DNA of 63,550 bases, filler included, from Rhabdomonas costata (GCA_019059605.1; 53 parts of 53 records of this genome joined end to end with filler, not necessarily neighbours in it); one strand, 5' to 3'. Counted from the whole stretch's first letter, positions 23,908 to 38,202 are shown. Notes: generated by a model from the sequence alone, not told the origin. Numbers and translations are program-made.

Positions 23908-26900
23908 CCAACAACANNNNNNNNNNNNNNNNNNNNNNNNNNNNNNNNNNNNNNNNNNNNTTAATTAATTAANNNNNNNNNNNNNNNNNNNNNNNNNNNN
24001 NNNNNNNNNNNNNNNNGTTTGTGGGTGGGGGCGCCCTTAGGAGATCGTCTGACGGCCGTTAGACGCTCGTCTAACGCTGTTAAACGTTAGACACACGTTC
24101 TCCCTGGGATTCCAATGGAAGCTTTGCAGGGGTTAGGAAGGCGACACATGTCCCCTGGGATTCTACGGATGGGTTATATGGATGTCAGAGGTCTAACGCC
24201 GCCCCTCCCCCCCAACTGTGCATGACCCGTTTTTTAATTGAAAAGTCACAGCACTGCGTCACAACGGTTGGATTAGCACAGGCACAAAGGTTGTGTAACG
24301 GAATCACGGCAGCAAAGGCAAATGTAAACCTGTTGGCTCCTCCTAGTTTGCACTTTGCACTGTTCCTTTGCAGTGCTCTGCACGAGAGCAGTGCACGTTT
24401 CGTCCCTCGATTAACCCCACCGTGCCGGACTTCTCTTCGATGTGGGTGACCTTCCCGAAGTCTGTGCAGCCTCCCACCTTGGTGCAGGAGTTTTCTTTTC
24501 GAGGTTTGCTGTGTGTGTGTGTTCACCACCTCGCTTTCGGTTTCACACATTTTTATTCGTAATGTCCTCCGCCACAGGGGTCGTATGATACAACGCCTGA
24601 TGATGGTGATGCATGCGGTACACCGCCTGTTAAGGAAGAAACGGGGCCTGGTCCCTTTGGACACAATGAAATGCTTTGCTTTGATGTGCATCGCCGAAAA
24701 TCTCCCAATCCACACAACGTCCGGCTCTAAAAGAATTCTGTCTTACCTGTGGGCTATTGCTCAGCAATAAATGAGTTTCCGCATATATTTATACCCCGGA
24801 TACCCCGGAACAGATATTTTTAATACCTCGGAAACGCCGAAAAGCGTTTTTGATTTATAGATCCATGAGCGTGCACCGCCGTTTCACCGTATAACGCCAT
24901 GATACCAATCACCTAATAACGCCGTTATACTGTTCATCCTCCCCCCCCTAAACCAGTTCGCATTGGGACAGGTGAACGGCTTATGATTAATGATCGATGA
25001 ACGATGCTGTTTGTCACGACTCCGTACCTCAGCTTCATCCCCGGCCCCCTTCCATTTCTCTATATTCTCTTCGATTTCTTAACACGCTCTCGCCTGAATT
25101 TCCGCGCACTCCCACCANNNNNNNNNNNNNNNNNNNNNNNNNNNNNNNNNNNNNNNNNNNNTTAATTAATTAANNNNNNNNNNNNNNNNNNNNNNNNNNN
25201 NNNNNNNNNNNNNNNNNCCGATCTACGGAACTTTTTCGCTCTCTGGCTGCACTGGTATGCCTGCGTTTATTTTAGGTGCTCTGACTCAGCTTTGGACTCG
25301 GAATGAGCTGGGCTCCCAAGTGTTTCCCGAGATCCCTGGATTTCACGGGCGTGTATGTCATTGTGCACATACAACGCGATTCGTTCCGCTTTTGATTGCT
25401 TTGGGCGTACGATCATTTATGGCTTCTTGTGATTTGGCTGAAAGGGAAGAACGCAGGCAAAGTCAACGAATGTACAACGGACGTCCAAGCAGAGACAAGG
25501 GGCTGAGGTAATGTGATTTTCGTTTGCACATTCAGGGCCGCAAGTCCATCGTCCCCTTCACGGACCATTCCGCGATGCTTTCCTGGCCCACCCCGGTCTC
25601 GGCTGAGGCTGCGTCGACCCGGCCGTGTCTGCGCCGACCCGCTCCAGAACCGGTGTGGTTCTCCGTGGAAAAGCATGCATTACATGCTGTCATTGCGATG
25701 CCAACACAACACGTGAAAAATGCATTTCTTGTTGTGAATCGTTTGACAAGGCATTTTTTCTCGCTTTATTCGTTTGTTACTTAATGATTCGAAAAAGTGT
25801 TGTGATGATTGAGTTTTGTACAGTGCTGTTTTGCGAATGTTTCCCCACGTATTGACATCGGGGGATGTCTAGCTTTTTGGTCTCTTTGGACTCTGTGAAT
25901 GCAGCCCGGTGGTTGTACAGGGATAGGGGCGTCGTGGGGATTCATATTGCAGCTGCGTGCATTGGCCTTTTGGGGTCACTAGTGGAGGTTGTGCAGCTGT
26001 GGAGACGGGGAGTATTGTGCGGGAGTCAATGAAAGCTTGTTGTGGACGTATCAGGGGCATTGGGGTGGTGGGTGTGTGGAGGAGGGAGGAAAATTGGAAG
26101 GATAGGAGGTGGACCTTTTGTTTCCCCGAACCTCTCCTTTTGCTGGTTTTAGGTGATCAACTCTCAGACTTCGGTTCGCCCAGAGATGCTCTCCCTGCAG
26201 TTGTCTACATCGGCCCCATGTATCTTCGCCCGTCAATCTCCCACCTGCCACTCTCCCACGTGCACTCGAGATTGTTATCAAAACCCACCCGTGCTTCTGA
26301 TGCTAACCCACCCCACCCNNNNNNNNNNNNNNNNNNNNNNNNNNNNNNNNNNNNNNNNNNNNTTAATTAATTAANNNNNNNNNNNNNNNNNNNNNNNNNN
26401 NNNNNNNNNNNNNNNNNNTCCAGTGGCGGGCAAACCTCCCAGATGACTCTGACCCTTTCTTTTGCTTGTTGGAGTGCATCAAGGACGGCTGTTTCCAGTG
26501 AGGTTTCACAGTTCTTCTATCCTGTGTGTCGAATAAGTTTACCTATGCCAAATATTTCATCTCTCAAAATAGAGAATTCTCACGCAATTTCAAACAGTCA
26601 GATTTTTGCGGAAACGTGCACATCAAATGAATACTTCCCTTCAGTTGGCTTAAAACAATCAAAATAAGGGAATTTCTAGGAAGGACTGACGTTTCTTTGA
26701 CCAAAAACAGCGCACCAAATTCACTTGAAAAACTGTCACAGGCGGGTCACATTGAAACAATCAAGGTGCTAACAGAAATTCTCCCCTCCCCCCCCGCCAA
26801 AAAAAACCAAGTCCGAAATGTCTCCTTTGGAAACGTCTTCCACTTCTCAGTTTTGAGGTGAAACGGGCAGTATCTTTTTTGCCCCTCGTCGGCTTATCCA

Positions 26901-27619
26901 GGGCCCAGGCCTTAGGGGGCAATTTTTTGGCCTTTTCCGGCGTGGATGTTGAGAAATATCAGTGCTTGCCGCCTTCATCGGTCTGAATCTCTGTTTTCTT
27001 TTTGCATCCTTGATCATACCACGTTTTAGAGGGTACTGCACCGTTTGCGTGAATTATGGATCGGTTGATTATGTATAATTTGTTGATTTTTTTCGCAGAA
27101 CATAAATTAAGAAACAAGAGATGCCCTTAATCTATTAATCCTTCTATTCATCCTAACTGAAGGACACTGTGCATACCGTTTGGGAAAAGAAGGACCATTT
27201 CTTGAATGGACTTTGAATATTATTCGCCCGAGCAATTGAAACGAAAACAGTCCACCGAAGAAAATTCACAGATTTTTGCTGCAACCCTTCCCTCTAGCTG
27301 AGCTCCATGATCACTGGGTTGCTCCGTGGGGTGAGCCGGCAGTGCGGCTCCGGACTGGAAGCGCCCTGGACGGAGCTAAGCGAGCGCCTTCCCGGGCTTG
27401 CCACGGTGGTGGAGTACCAGCTCGGCCTGGTGCGTGCCGTGGCCCGGGCCGGGGTGCCGAAGTGCTTCCTGGAGACAGGCCCGCGGTTTGAGGAGCTGCG
27501 GCGGCTGTGGCGGGCCACCNNNNNNNNNNNNNNNNNNNNNNNNNNNNNNNNNNNNNNNNNNNNTTAATTAATTAANNNNNNNNNNNNNNNNNNNNNNNNN
27601 NNNNNNNNNNNNNNNNNNN

Positions 27620-28179
27620 AGCCCGCTTGAAAGGCCACAATACAATTCCAGTCTGCACTGGCTCTCCAGGTTGTTTACTTCCGTCCGCGCCTGAATCTCC
27701 AGGACCTTCAGGTCCTCGTGGGCCAGCAGGGAGCTCAAGGACTCCTGCCACTGCTCTCTGTACCACTCAGAGGTCTCCCAAAGCGACCGTAGGACCGAGA
27801 AGTGCTCGCACAGGGCAATCCTGACCCAAAGCTCGACCTCGCACAGGCAACTGTGTTGAGCCACGGCTGTGGAGAACGCGTGCCACAAGGTGCGGTCCTC
27901 ACTCTGTACAGGCAGGCCGGGCGGGCATGGAAGCGGGCACGGAGGCACACGCCCCGCGCGTGAAGGAGCCCGCGCAACGATGAGAGGGGACGAGGACGGG
28001 GGTAGCCTACCCGGAAAAGCGCCGTGCCCGGGGGTCGGGACTCGAGAAAAAGATCCCTGAAGCGAGAGGGAGCCTTGCGGTGATAGCGGCCCGAGGCCAC
28101 CAAATGCCATCGCCGAAGGAGCCCGGAACTGACCGAAGGGAGTCCCAACACCTGAGAGACAGTGAGCAGGACTTCGCAC
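27620..28179 (-). CDS. Exon of an uncharacterised protein (Ser/Pro-rich then helical Glu-rich region)
   Basis: About 185 open codons, GC-rich, helical segment LAHEDLKVLEIQARTEVNNLESQCRLEL. Family not recognised. Confidence 0.5.
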
Positions 28180-30022
28180 CGCATGAGTGAAATGGGTCTG
28201 GGCAGCAGCTAGCCTATAATTTCATGGCTTGCTCGGGTTAGGTGCTCTTGCCAAGCGTTCAGCACCGACGGCAACAGATGAAAATGCGACACGGATGAGG
28301 CGCCACCGCAGTGAAGTAACATTCACATCTGCAGTGTACCATCACAAACTTGACAAAACGCCAGCCCAAACTTTTTATCGATACACCAGTGGACAATAGG
28401 GAAGGCTTAGACTAGATAAGAAGGCGATGATCCTTTGCCGATCCCTCCTTGCGATTCAAGCAGATTTTTCGGGGGTGGCGATGCACGTATTCCTGGAAGA
28501 AGCAGGGGGCGAAAGGCCACACACCCTGGATATTTCTGGCACCAGTAGTACCCAGTACCTCAGTACCTACCCACCCAAACAAATATACAAACACATTATC
28601 TTAGAAGTAGCTCCCTAGTTACCTCTGCAGGGGGTCCCAGTTCTGGAGACCATCCTGGGGCATGGTGGCGCGGGGCCGGGCTTCTCCATCTCAAACTGCC
28701 ACTCCAGCCCTACTCGGACCNNNNNNNNNNNNNNNNNNNNNNNNNNNNNNNNNNNNNNNNNNNNTTAATTAATTAANNNNNNNNNNNNNNNNNNNNNNNN
28801 NNNNNNNNNNNNNNNNNNNNACCTTAATTGTGGTCGACACATCCACTCTGAAATATGGTAGTTTCAATTAGTATCCTCACTCTACATGCAGGTAACTTCA
28901 CAGTGCAAATAAAAACAAGCGATACTGAAATCTCTATTTCCAGAGCCTTTTCCCCCTCGTATTGTGGTATACAATTCAAAGCTTTCCAGCAGCATGACAT
29001 GAGTGTATCTTCTTCCAACGGTCGGAATAAATTACCTACTTGTCTTGTAAGGTGCTGTAAAAGGTAGCAAAATTGGTTTGACTGGTATGCAATTAAATAA
29101 GATGAATGAAAGCAGCGCACGAAATTCAGTGGGCAGAACGCTTTTCTTGTCACACCTGGGAGTTTTGTTTTCCCGTCACTATCCTGTGTCATATGTGAGC
29201 ACACACCATCCGAGTTTCAAAACCTTCCAAGTCCTCCTAATGGCCTCACATGCCTTTATTTACAAGCAGTTATGCTCCAGCTCTACAGACGAGTTCTGCA
29301 GATTCAGAAAAAGGACTGAAACAAAAAATCACAAAGACAATCGCAGATGGGGAACCGTAATTTCTTTAAATAACCTTAAATAGGAAGCGATCACTGAAAG
29401 TGGACCTTTGATGGCTCTTCGTTCCTTTTCCGGTGGAAAAGAAACGAAGAGCCAAAGAAAAAAAGAACGTGAAAGCCTCCATCTTGTAGTGAGCATCAAA
29501 TCTCCAAAATCAATACAGAAAGGTCTCAGAGTCTCAAAGCCCCACCCCGTTGTCAGGCTATGTTTGCACCTTTCAGTTTATATAGATCACACTGGAGACA
29601 CGAGGTAATGCCTTTTTTCGAAGAAGCATTCACATCCTGGCACGCAAAAATGCTGTGCAGGACGCTCTTGGATGTTTTTTTTTGAATCTTTGGTTAACAT
29701 GCACGACTATGTATCACTGATTTAAGTCAATCAATGAAAGTCTCCAACTTCATTCAAACGTCTCATTGACACTTACAATTTTTGCAACAGTGTGGCATGG
29801 AGTGCTGTCTGAAGTAGTTTCAGCACGTTGAATGGAATGAATAAGGCATGCAGAAATTGAGTTGCATATAATGCCAACTTGATACAAAAGAGACTGTCAA
29901 TATTTCTCCTTTCTGCCCTCTNNNNNNNNNNNNNNNNNNNNNNNNNNNNNNNNNNNNNNNNNNNNTTAATTAATTAANNNNNNNNNNNNNNNNNNNNNNN
30001 NNNNNNNNNNNNNNNNNNNNNG

Positions 30023-30436
30023 CTGGCCTGGCTGGTGCCCTCGGAGATCCAGCCCCTCGAGACCCGCTCCGCGGCCTTCAGCATCACCGTGCTGGTGAAC
30101 TTCCTGGCCACCTTTGCGATTGGCCAGAGCTTCCTCTCCATGCTGTGCAACATGCAGTTTGGCATCTTCTTCTTCTTTGGGGCCTGGGTTGCGGTGATGA
30201 CCTGCTTTGTGTACTTCCTAGTTCCCGAGACGAAGAACCTACCCATTGAGGAGGTGGAGCAAGCGTTCAAAAGCCACTGGGCCTGGGGCCGCATGGGAGA
30301 TGTTCAGCTTGAAGGAGTGATTACTGTGCCGACCCCCGAGGCCGGACGCAAGGCTTCTCTTTCGGCTTCGCCTTCGCCCACGCCTCTGCCTGTTGCTTCG
30401 CAAACGCCGACGCCCCGGGAGATGCTGATGCCGTGA
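30023..30436 (+). CDS. MFS sugar porter, STP/HUP-type hexose transporter, C-terminal part
   Basis: [40 protein letters not shown]...[10 protein letters not shown]...[11 protein letters not shown]...HWAW, TGA stop. Confidence 0.92.
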   Translation: MAWLVPSEIQPLETRSAAFSITVLVNFLATFAIGQSFLSMLCNMQFGIFFFFGAWVAVMTCFVYFLVPETKNLPIEEVEQAFKSHWAWGRMGDVQLEGVITVPTPEAGRKASLSASPSPTPLPVASQTPTPREMLMP

Positions 30437-33400
30437 TAATCATAGTTTTCCTCTGTGTAGCAACGTCACCCCAAAGGTGTTGTTTTTCTGCTTCTCTGAA
30501 TGGGCCAGTCAAAAGCAGGCAAGGGGGTGCAAGACAAGAGTACTGTCACAATTTACCTACCGGAAAATAACTTCATCAAAGATGAAAAGAAATATTTCAG
30601 TGGTTTAATTTTTGCATCCCCCCCCCCGATGGAAAAATCGAATTGTTTAACACGGTTAATCGTGTACCATTCCAACGTTGGGGTTGATCCCAATAATTAA
30701 GGCGTCAACCCGCGATGCGGTGAAAATACCTGGAGCGAAGAATTAAAAACATGTTTGGACGACTTCTTTTTCCTTTCGGCACAAACGTGGAGGTGATTGC
30801 TCCGAAGCTGCGCATGAGGCCTCTCCTTTTTCTTTCGTTTGTGCACTGACTGTTTGAAGACGAGCCTCCTATAATTATCGCGTCATCTTTTCCTATCATT
30901 CCTAGCTGAGTTAAAAAAGGAGTTCACGAGCGAAAACGCAAACCACCTCTTTTTTCGGCATTATTGTTATTCAAAATGGCACTTGACGACGATAATTCCA
31001 TCGTTTGCTCACAGAGAAACTCAATTCTTCTTAATTTGGTGCGGATGCAAAACTTGCCAACATGAAAATCCAGGTACCAAAAAGAAAGATGAAATTTCAT
31101 GGAAGTTTTTACCCCAAAAACCNNNNNNNNNNNNNNNNNNNNNNNNNNNNNNNNNNNNNNNNNNNNTTAATTAATTAANNNNNNNNNNNNNNNNNNNNNN
31201 NNNNNNNNNNNNNNNNNNNNNNGGGGGGGTGTGGGCGGGAGATAGCTATAGCCACAAAAGCGTGTAGGGGAGGCAGGAACCGCCAGCCCCGTCGCCCACT
31301 GGGGCACTATATTCTCCAGGCTCGGCTGTGCGGCCCACCGGCCACAGCAGCCTGCTGAAAGAGAAGAGAAACCTTGCAACGTAGCGCACACCACAACAGA
31401 AACGCCTCTGTGAAATATGTGTGTCTGGCTTTGCAGCCCCCGCCCCCTTAAAAAACAATCGACGGCGAGCCTAAACCCAGGGAGGTCGACACCTCCCAGT
31501 CATCTTCTCGGGGGGTTCAGTGGTTGGCTGCACCGCGTTCGATGACGGACGCTAATCTTTTGGAGAGAGGATTTATTGGGTCAAAGCAAAAGAAAAACCT
31601 GGTAAGCTAAAGCGCTACGCAGGAACTGCAAGTGGGTGGGGTCAACCCCAGAGAACTGTAGCAGCCGAGGAGGCCGTTTGCTGCCTGAGCAGGATGCTGT
31701 TGCTGCTGTGATGAAGACAGCCCTGACAACCCTGAAGACAATTCTCTCGCCATGACACGCGGCGCTTGCGCCGGCACTGAAGCAAAAAACACTTAATTAC
31801 CCCGTCTTCCGTCTTCGCGTGCCTGCGTGGTTTGGTGAGAGGGGGCATGGGTGCTGGGTGTTGTTGAGAGTTGGCGTGAGTTTAAGTCAATAAGTATCGC
31901 CTCGAGCGACCTCGAGCAGAGGTTTGACGAGCTGTTCGCGTTTCACTGAGGAGTTGGCTAACGGTGTCCGTCTGATATCGCAGTAGAAGGGCTGCCAGAG
32001 GGCGATAAGCGCTTCCCAGGAAACAATGAAATCTTCCAGGAGGAAGATGCGCATATGCGCCTACGGGGAAATGCCCCCCCCCCTACCACCGGCAGTCTCC
32101 TATCAATTAGCATAACGTGGGCATTGGGCGTCTTACACTGCAAGACGTCTGAAGCCCCCCACCCCTCCAACTATGCACCCGAGGTCTTTCGCCCAGCCCT
32201 AAGCTTTCACAGAAAACCCAACAAATGGTAGGTATTGCCAGCACCGGTGGGCATGGCACGCCGGGTACCCGGTGCTGCGCGCTCCTGAGCCTGTTGATCT
32301 CCGCCTGGCGCCTGGCCTCCAGGNNNNNNNNNNNNNNNNNNNNNNNNNNNNNNNNNNNNNNNNNNNNTTAATTAATTAANNNNNNNNNNNNNNNNNNNNN
32401 NNNNNNNNNNNNNNNNNNNNNNNTTTGCACCGTAAACTCAGAACATTCACGTTTTACCGAATAATATAGGGCGAGCATTACAGTCCGCAAGACCGTTCAA
32501 TCCGTTAGTATTTCACATCACCACCGCATCCGAAAGACATACGTCAAAACTAATCCGGATCCTAAGATGGCAAAACACACAAGGCGCAAATTTCTCCTAA
32601 TTTTTCGGGGTTTTTTTTGCCTACTTGTGCCAAACAAATTTTTTTCCGAAGTCTGGGTATTTTCTCCATTTCCAACATTCGCGGAGTAGGTGTTCCAGGT
32701 TTTCCGCGGTAGTCTACAGGGGACACTTTTGGTTTGGGTGACTGGGACAGTGTGTAAGTTTGTATGTGTTTGCCTATATTTGTGTGCGGGATGTTGTGAG
32801 GGATGTGTGTGTGCGCAGCGTTGGAGCGCTCAGGGCGCAGCTGTGGTGAAGGCCCCTTGACGTGGCTGGACACGCAGAACGGGGTGGGGTAGGGTGTAGC
32901 TGTAATATCTGTTACTCCGAAATTGGCACTGAAACATTCTGGCATTCCTTGCCCGAGGCTTTAATTCTAAGCCACAATCCTTCCCCTGAAATTCCTTCTT
33001 GCACCATGACCTTCCCTCGCTCGCCTGTGAAGTTTCCAGAAGGCCCCCCCCCCAGAAAGTATCAATTTTTCAATGGGACCTGAAACGCCCATTACGTCCG
33101 TAAATGCTTGAAAATTCCTCATAGTCAATACCGAGGGGCAACAAGAGCCAACACGTCACACAGGTGGGGGGGGGGCACCATTTTCCAAAATGGACACCAT
33201 ACCTGTGTGGTCACTTCCTCACCCTCCACTGCGTCCTCCTCAACAGAAGGAGGAGGTGGTGGTCCGGATGGAAGCACCGGCGATGATAATTGGTGGCAAT
33301 GGTTAGGGGCAGGCGCAGAGGAAGGGGAAGGTTTCGGGGAATGGTAAAGTTCGCTCCCCTGCACAACCTTTGGGTGCAGAAAAGGGGAACAGTGAAAGAA

Positions 33401-35189
33401 AAGCACGCACGCAACGTGCGACATTCGGGGTTTCATACATTTTTTTTAGGGAGGGGAGGTATTACACGTTTGACAACGTTACAAAACAAAACTACTCTGA
33501 TAGCCTCGGACGTCCCCCACCACNNNNNNNNNNNNNNNNNNNNNNNNNNNNNNNNNNNNNNNNNNNNTTAATTAATTAANNNNNNNNNNNNNNNNNNNNN
33601 NNNNNNNNNNNNNNNNNNNNNNNGTGGGGGGCAGTCTGACGTGTGGCTCGACTGGGGCCTGGTCTCAAAGTGGAAGCTGCACAGGTTGTTAAGCATACCT
33701 CGTCTTTTTTCTCTTTGGGAAGTGCGCACGTGTTTGTTACACCGCGAGCTTCTCGCCGCAAGGTGGTCCCCTTTCCTCACCTTCAGTGTCCCGTGACCTT
33801 CGGTTCAGTCGAGGCCAATTGTTGATGTAGTTTTTCACCTTTCGCTGTTGGAGTGATGGTGCATTCGATGGGTTGGAATATATGGAAAGGTCTCTTCGAT
33901 CTTTTGGAATAATTGCTTTTGACCAGTGTCCAGCCTGCCGCTGGGCTCAGCGGCTGCACACTACACAGGGCTGGCACGTGTGTGTGAGTTGCATGTTTCG
34001 ACCCTCCGGTTTTTCTGCGGAGGCAGGTATTTGGCCTGCCCCGGTTTCTGTGTGTGTTTACGCCTTCTCAGTGTTGGGTGAGGGAGATTGAGGGAGGATA
34101 AGTACCAGTGTCCGAGCATGCTTTCATGCACTTTTCCGCTTTTTCCCGTGCATGCTCTCCTGGGGCCCGTGGAGCAGGTGGTGAATCTTGTCCTTTTTGT
34201 GCAATGAGCATGCGTGTGCATGCCCGAGCAAGCACCCATAGCAGCGGGCGTGTCTACGAGGAACGTCTTTCCTGTTTACATGTTTTTTCTAACGCCTGGA
34301 TCCTCGTTTTCTTCTTTTCTTCTCTCTGATCCAGGTGAAGAAAAAACACTAAAGCAAGTTTTGCTACTGGGTAATTTTAGCAGTAGTGACCCCACACTGT
34401 CACACACAGTCCAGTAACGAAATTACCCCCCCCCTCGCGCGCGCGCTTCTGCACGTATTATTCCGTGTAAGCATGTTTCTTTTTGTGGGGAAAGTGCAAG
34501 TTTGAGCCCCCCACTTTGGTGCACCGCCTTACCTTACATCGTGCTTCCAAGACAACGTGTCTTAGGGGACCTGGCAAATAGGATGGAATCGGATAGAAGG
34601 GATAGAAGGGATTCTGTAGGGAAACTCGCATCCCACAAAAACTATTGTATGTATCGCAGAATCGCAGACAGCTTTGACCATGCTGTGTGCCAGACATCCT
34701 GGTGGTCTCAATCTCAACACCACANNNNNNNNNNNNNNNNNNNNNNNNNNNNNNNNNNNNNNNNNNNNTTAATTAATTAANNNNNNNNNNNNNNNNNNNN
34801 NNNNNNNNNNNNNNNNNNNNNNNNTTGGTGGGTGGAGCCTGGAGACGGGAGGTAGAGCTCCACAAAGGAGGAAGACGTGGGTGGGGCCCATCCTTGATGT
34901 TCAGCCTAGGAAGAAGAACCAGCAGGCGCGGCTTCATCATTTGCAAGAAGAAGATTTACACAATGTTGCTAACTACGGTCCCACTTTCCGCCTTTTGGGA
35001 AATGTGGAAGAGGGAAGGTGTCGAGTTGCCGCTGAACCTGGATCCCTCATGGCGACACTCGATGAAATGAAAGGGCTCTATCCTCGGGTCGCAGAGGGAG
35101 CGAGTATTAGAAGTCCAATGACTAGCCTGTAGACAACAACGCCGACAACAACGTACTAAAAGTCCTATTCGAAACCACTTGCAACACAA

Positions 35190-35410
35190 CGGATGAACCC
35201 AGCAAACAACGAAGACCGGAACCCAAGACCAACCCCAACACCAACCCCAACAAGATCGCGAGACCACCCAAAGACCGACACCGAAACCCAGACCCAAGCA
35301 CACCACGGAATCCACCCCAACCCACGCCATCACCCCACATGCAGACGTACGAACCGCCACCGTAGCAACAGCAAACCTAGCGAAGGAACCCCACGAAAAT
35401 CAAAACCAAA
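35190..35410. repeat. A/C-rich degenerate hexamer tract
   Basis: CCAAGACCAACCCCAACACCAACC...CCGACACCGAAACCCAGACCC. Confidence 0.5.
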
Positions 35411-37371
35411 AGAGGACAGACTTCTTAAGTAGCCAAGATGCAAAGGGATGTCCTAAAAGTCCTGGCATTCATCCCACACTGGCAAGAAATGAGAGCCGCG
35501 GAAGCTGATGATCAATTCCTGAGGCAGTCAGCTCCACATATGTCAGCCTTTTCCGTACTGAATCCTACAAAACCACGCACCGATTTGCATGCGCGCGCTC
35601 ACGCATACATACCATGCTGTTCTCACTTGCACGCCGTTTAGACAAAGCAGCACACACAAACAGAATATTTCATTACGTTTCTGACCAGGAGTTCCCTACG
35701 TCCCCCGATTTCTGGCGATTAAATCGAAGGCCGGGGGTTCGACGAATCAAAAGCGAGTTGGTATGTTCTACGGGAAAATATAACCCCCTCCCAAATTCGG
35801 CGATTCACACAAAAAACAATAAAAACATGACGGAAAGAATACAGACTTGCAAGAAAACAGAGGAAACAAGACCATCTACACAGACATTTGACAAATGCAC
35901 CTTGCGCTTGCGGACTTTCGCATCTTCNNNNNNNNNNNNNNNNNNNNNNNNNNNNNNNNNNNNNNNNNNNNTTAATTAATTAANNNNNNNNNNNNNNNNN
36001 NNNNNNNNNNNNNNNNNNNNNNNNNNNGGTTGGGGTGGGAGACTTCGGGGCGCCCCCCCGCGCGGAGTCCACAGAAAGCTGCCGGGCACTACGAGGACCC
36101 AGCGTGCCCTCTCCCCCGGACAGCGAGGGCAGCCCCAACTTCCCAGGCGGAGGCGTGGACTGGCGCATGGCCTCCTTGCGTGCCCGCATGGCCTCCTGCA
36201 GCTCCTTTGTTTTCACGCGAGGGAGGGGGACGGACCTCAGCTCTTTCAGCCGCACCGGGCGTGAGCGGCTGGAGCAAGGACATCAGAGAAGGAGCATTAA
36301 AACGAGTGCCTCCGTTGGAAAGCAGCTGAAATGGGAATGAATGAAGTCTGGCGGATGCTCCTGCGAGTGGAATCACCAATGCTGTTTCTCATTGGTACTG
36401 AACCTTGGACCACTTCCTTCCTCATTAGTTTAAGTTCACCCCTTCCTCTCTCTTGCCATTCGTTTTCCTTCGCGTGGCGGCCGAATGCCAATAGCGTCGG
36501 GGTCACGTACAGGAATAGGACATTAAACAAAAGGGCATGAAGGTACACATCTAGGGAGAAAGGAGTTCCGGTATAGCGCAGCAAGCGAATCGGATGATCT
36601 GCGAAGATGGAAGTAATACAACAGAAAATTTGGGAAAGGGAGATGAGCATGTGCAGATGTTTCTTTGGTGAGGAGTTAATCGCTACGCGACTGATTGGGA
36701 GAGAGGAGGAGTCTCCTCATGTTGTTTAGTTCCATTATGGAAATCGTTGTAGGCTCCGGGACCAATATCCAGACACACATGCACACATACAAACGCTGGA
36801 CCTGAAGGGCAGCAGCGCCCTCGAGGGCTTTGTTGTGGAGCACAACACGGTCCAACACAACACCCACAGGGCCGACTTCGCCAACATGGTACTGGCGCCA
36901 CATCGCAAGCGGAAGGTCCTCGAGGGGCTGCGCCCCTGCGAGCTGTGCGCAGCCGCGAGTTGCACACAGAACTTGGGTTTTCACATGACCTGATTCCCAG
37001 CTACTCTGCGACTGCCTTCCAACTAGTGAGGCTTCCGCATCCCTTTATCAGTGCTGCTCCCCTTGTCCTCCTCCTCCTCGTCCTGATCACGAATTGCTTT
37101 TTGCACACCCCACCCACAAAACACACCCANNNNNNNNNNNNNNNNNNNNNNNNNNNNNNNNNNNNNNNNNNNNTTAATTAATTAANNNNNNNNNNNNNNN
37201 NNNNNNNNNNNNNNNNNNNNNNNNNNNNNTTTTGTTGGGCATTGCCCCATGCATGGGGCAATGCCGAGCAAAACCAAGAAGTTCCACACCGACGGAAATG
37301 TAACCAGGAATTTCTTGCTCCGGGCTTCCCGGGAAATATTTTGGTTTTTTTATCTGTGCTTGGGTTGGAAA

Positions 37372-38202
37372 GGTATTTTGTGGGTGCGATGTACGACCGG
37401 GTGCTGCTGTGGGACGACGGGGAGAAGGTCACGGAAAGTGTCCGGCACTGCCTCACGAACCGCGCGGGCCGAATCACCTGCCTGTGCTTCTGCCCCCCGT
37501 GCACTCTGTCCGTAGGTGCCTGTTGCACACGCACACACGTTGAATGGTTCGGCTTTGGATGATGACCTTTAGCAGGGAGCTGTGGAAGGTTTTCGGGATG
37601 AGGGTGACATCAGGGCAAACCGCAACCCTTAACCTTTCACCCCAAACCGTATGGTCCTGTTTCCAAATTAAAGAGGTTTTACGGTGTTTTTTTTTAATTA
37701 GACATCAACGTGGAGGAGAACTGATGAAGACAATGCCGAAGTTAGCCAGTGGTTTCTGCGTACAGTGGGCCGGTTCGTTCACACGTGGAGGAGAACTGAT
37801 GAAGACAATGCCGAAGTTAGCCAGTGGTTTCTCGTACAGTGGGCCGGTTCGTTCACCCTCAGGCCGGTACCCACCCGTGGCCCTTACGCGCTCTTTCTTT
37901 TCTTTTCCTAAAATCATGTGCCGCTTGTTTCCCCCAACGCAGCGTTTTGTCGATGATACCCACCGCAATACACAGTTATGCCCCCGGGAGCGCCACAGGA
38001 CATAGCCTCCCTCTTGCTCCTTCTTTGGCGTGCGTCCGGCTGTGGTTTCCGAGCTTTTGCTTCCGCGCCTCTGCTGATTCTTCGTTCGCGTGTGCAGGAA
38101 GCGCGGAGGGCACGATCAGTCTGTACAATATCAACTCTCTGAAACTTCTGTGCCGCCTCAAGGCGGAGTCTCCTACGCAGTACGTGGTGTACACCAACGC
38201 TG
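37372..38202 (+). CDS. WD40-repeat-like protein, two exons (~37372-37511, ~38097-38202)
   Basis: RVLLWD...GRITCLCFCP and GSAEGTISLYNI segments with plausible splice sites. Confidence 0.6.
37708..37856. repeat. Tandem duplication, 75/74-bp units
   Basis: Units 37708-37782 and 37783-37856 differ by a single G indel. Confidence 0.95.
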
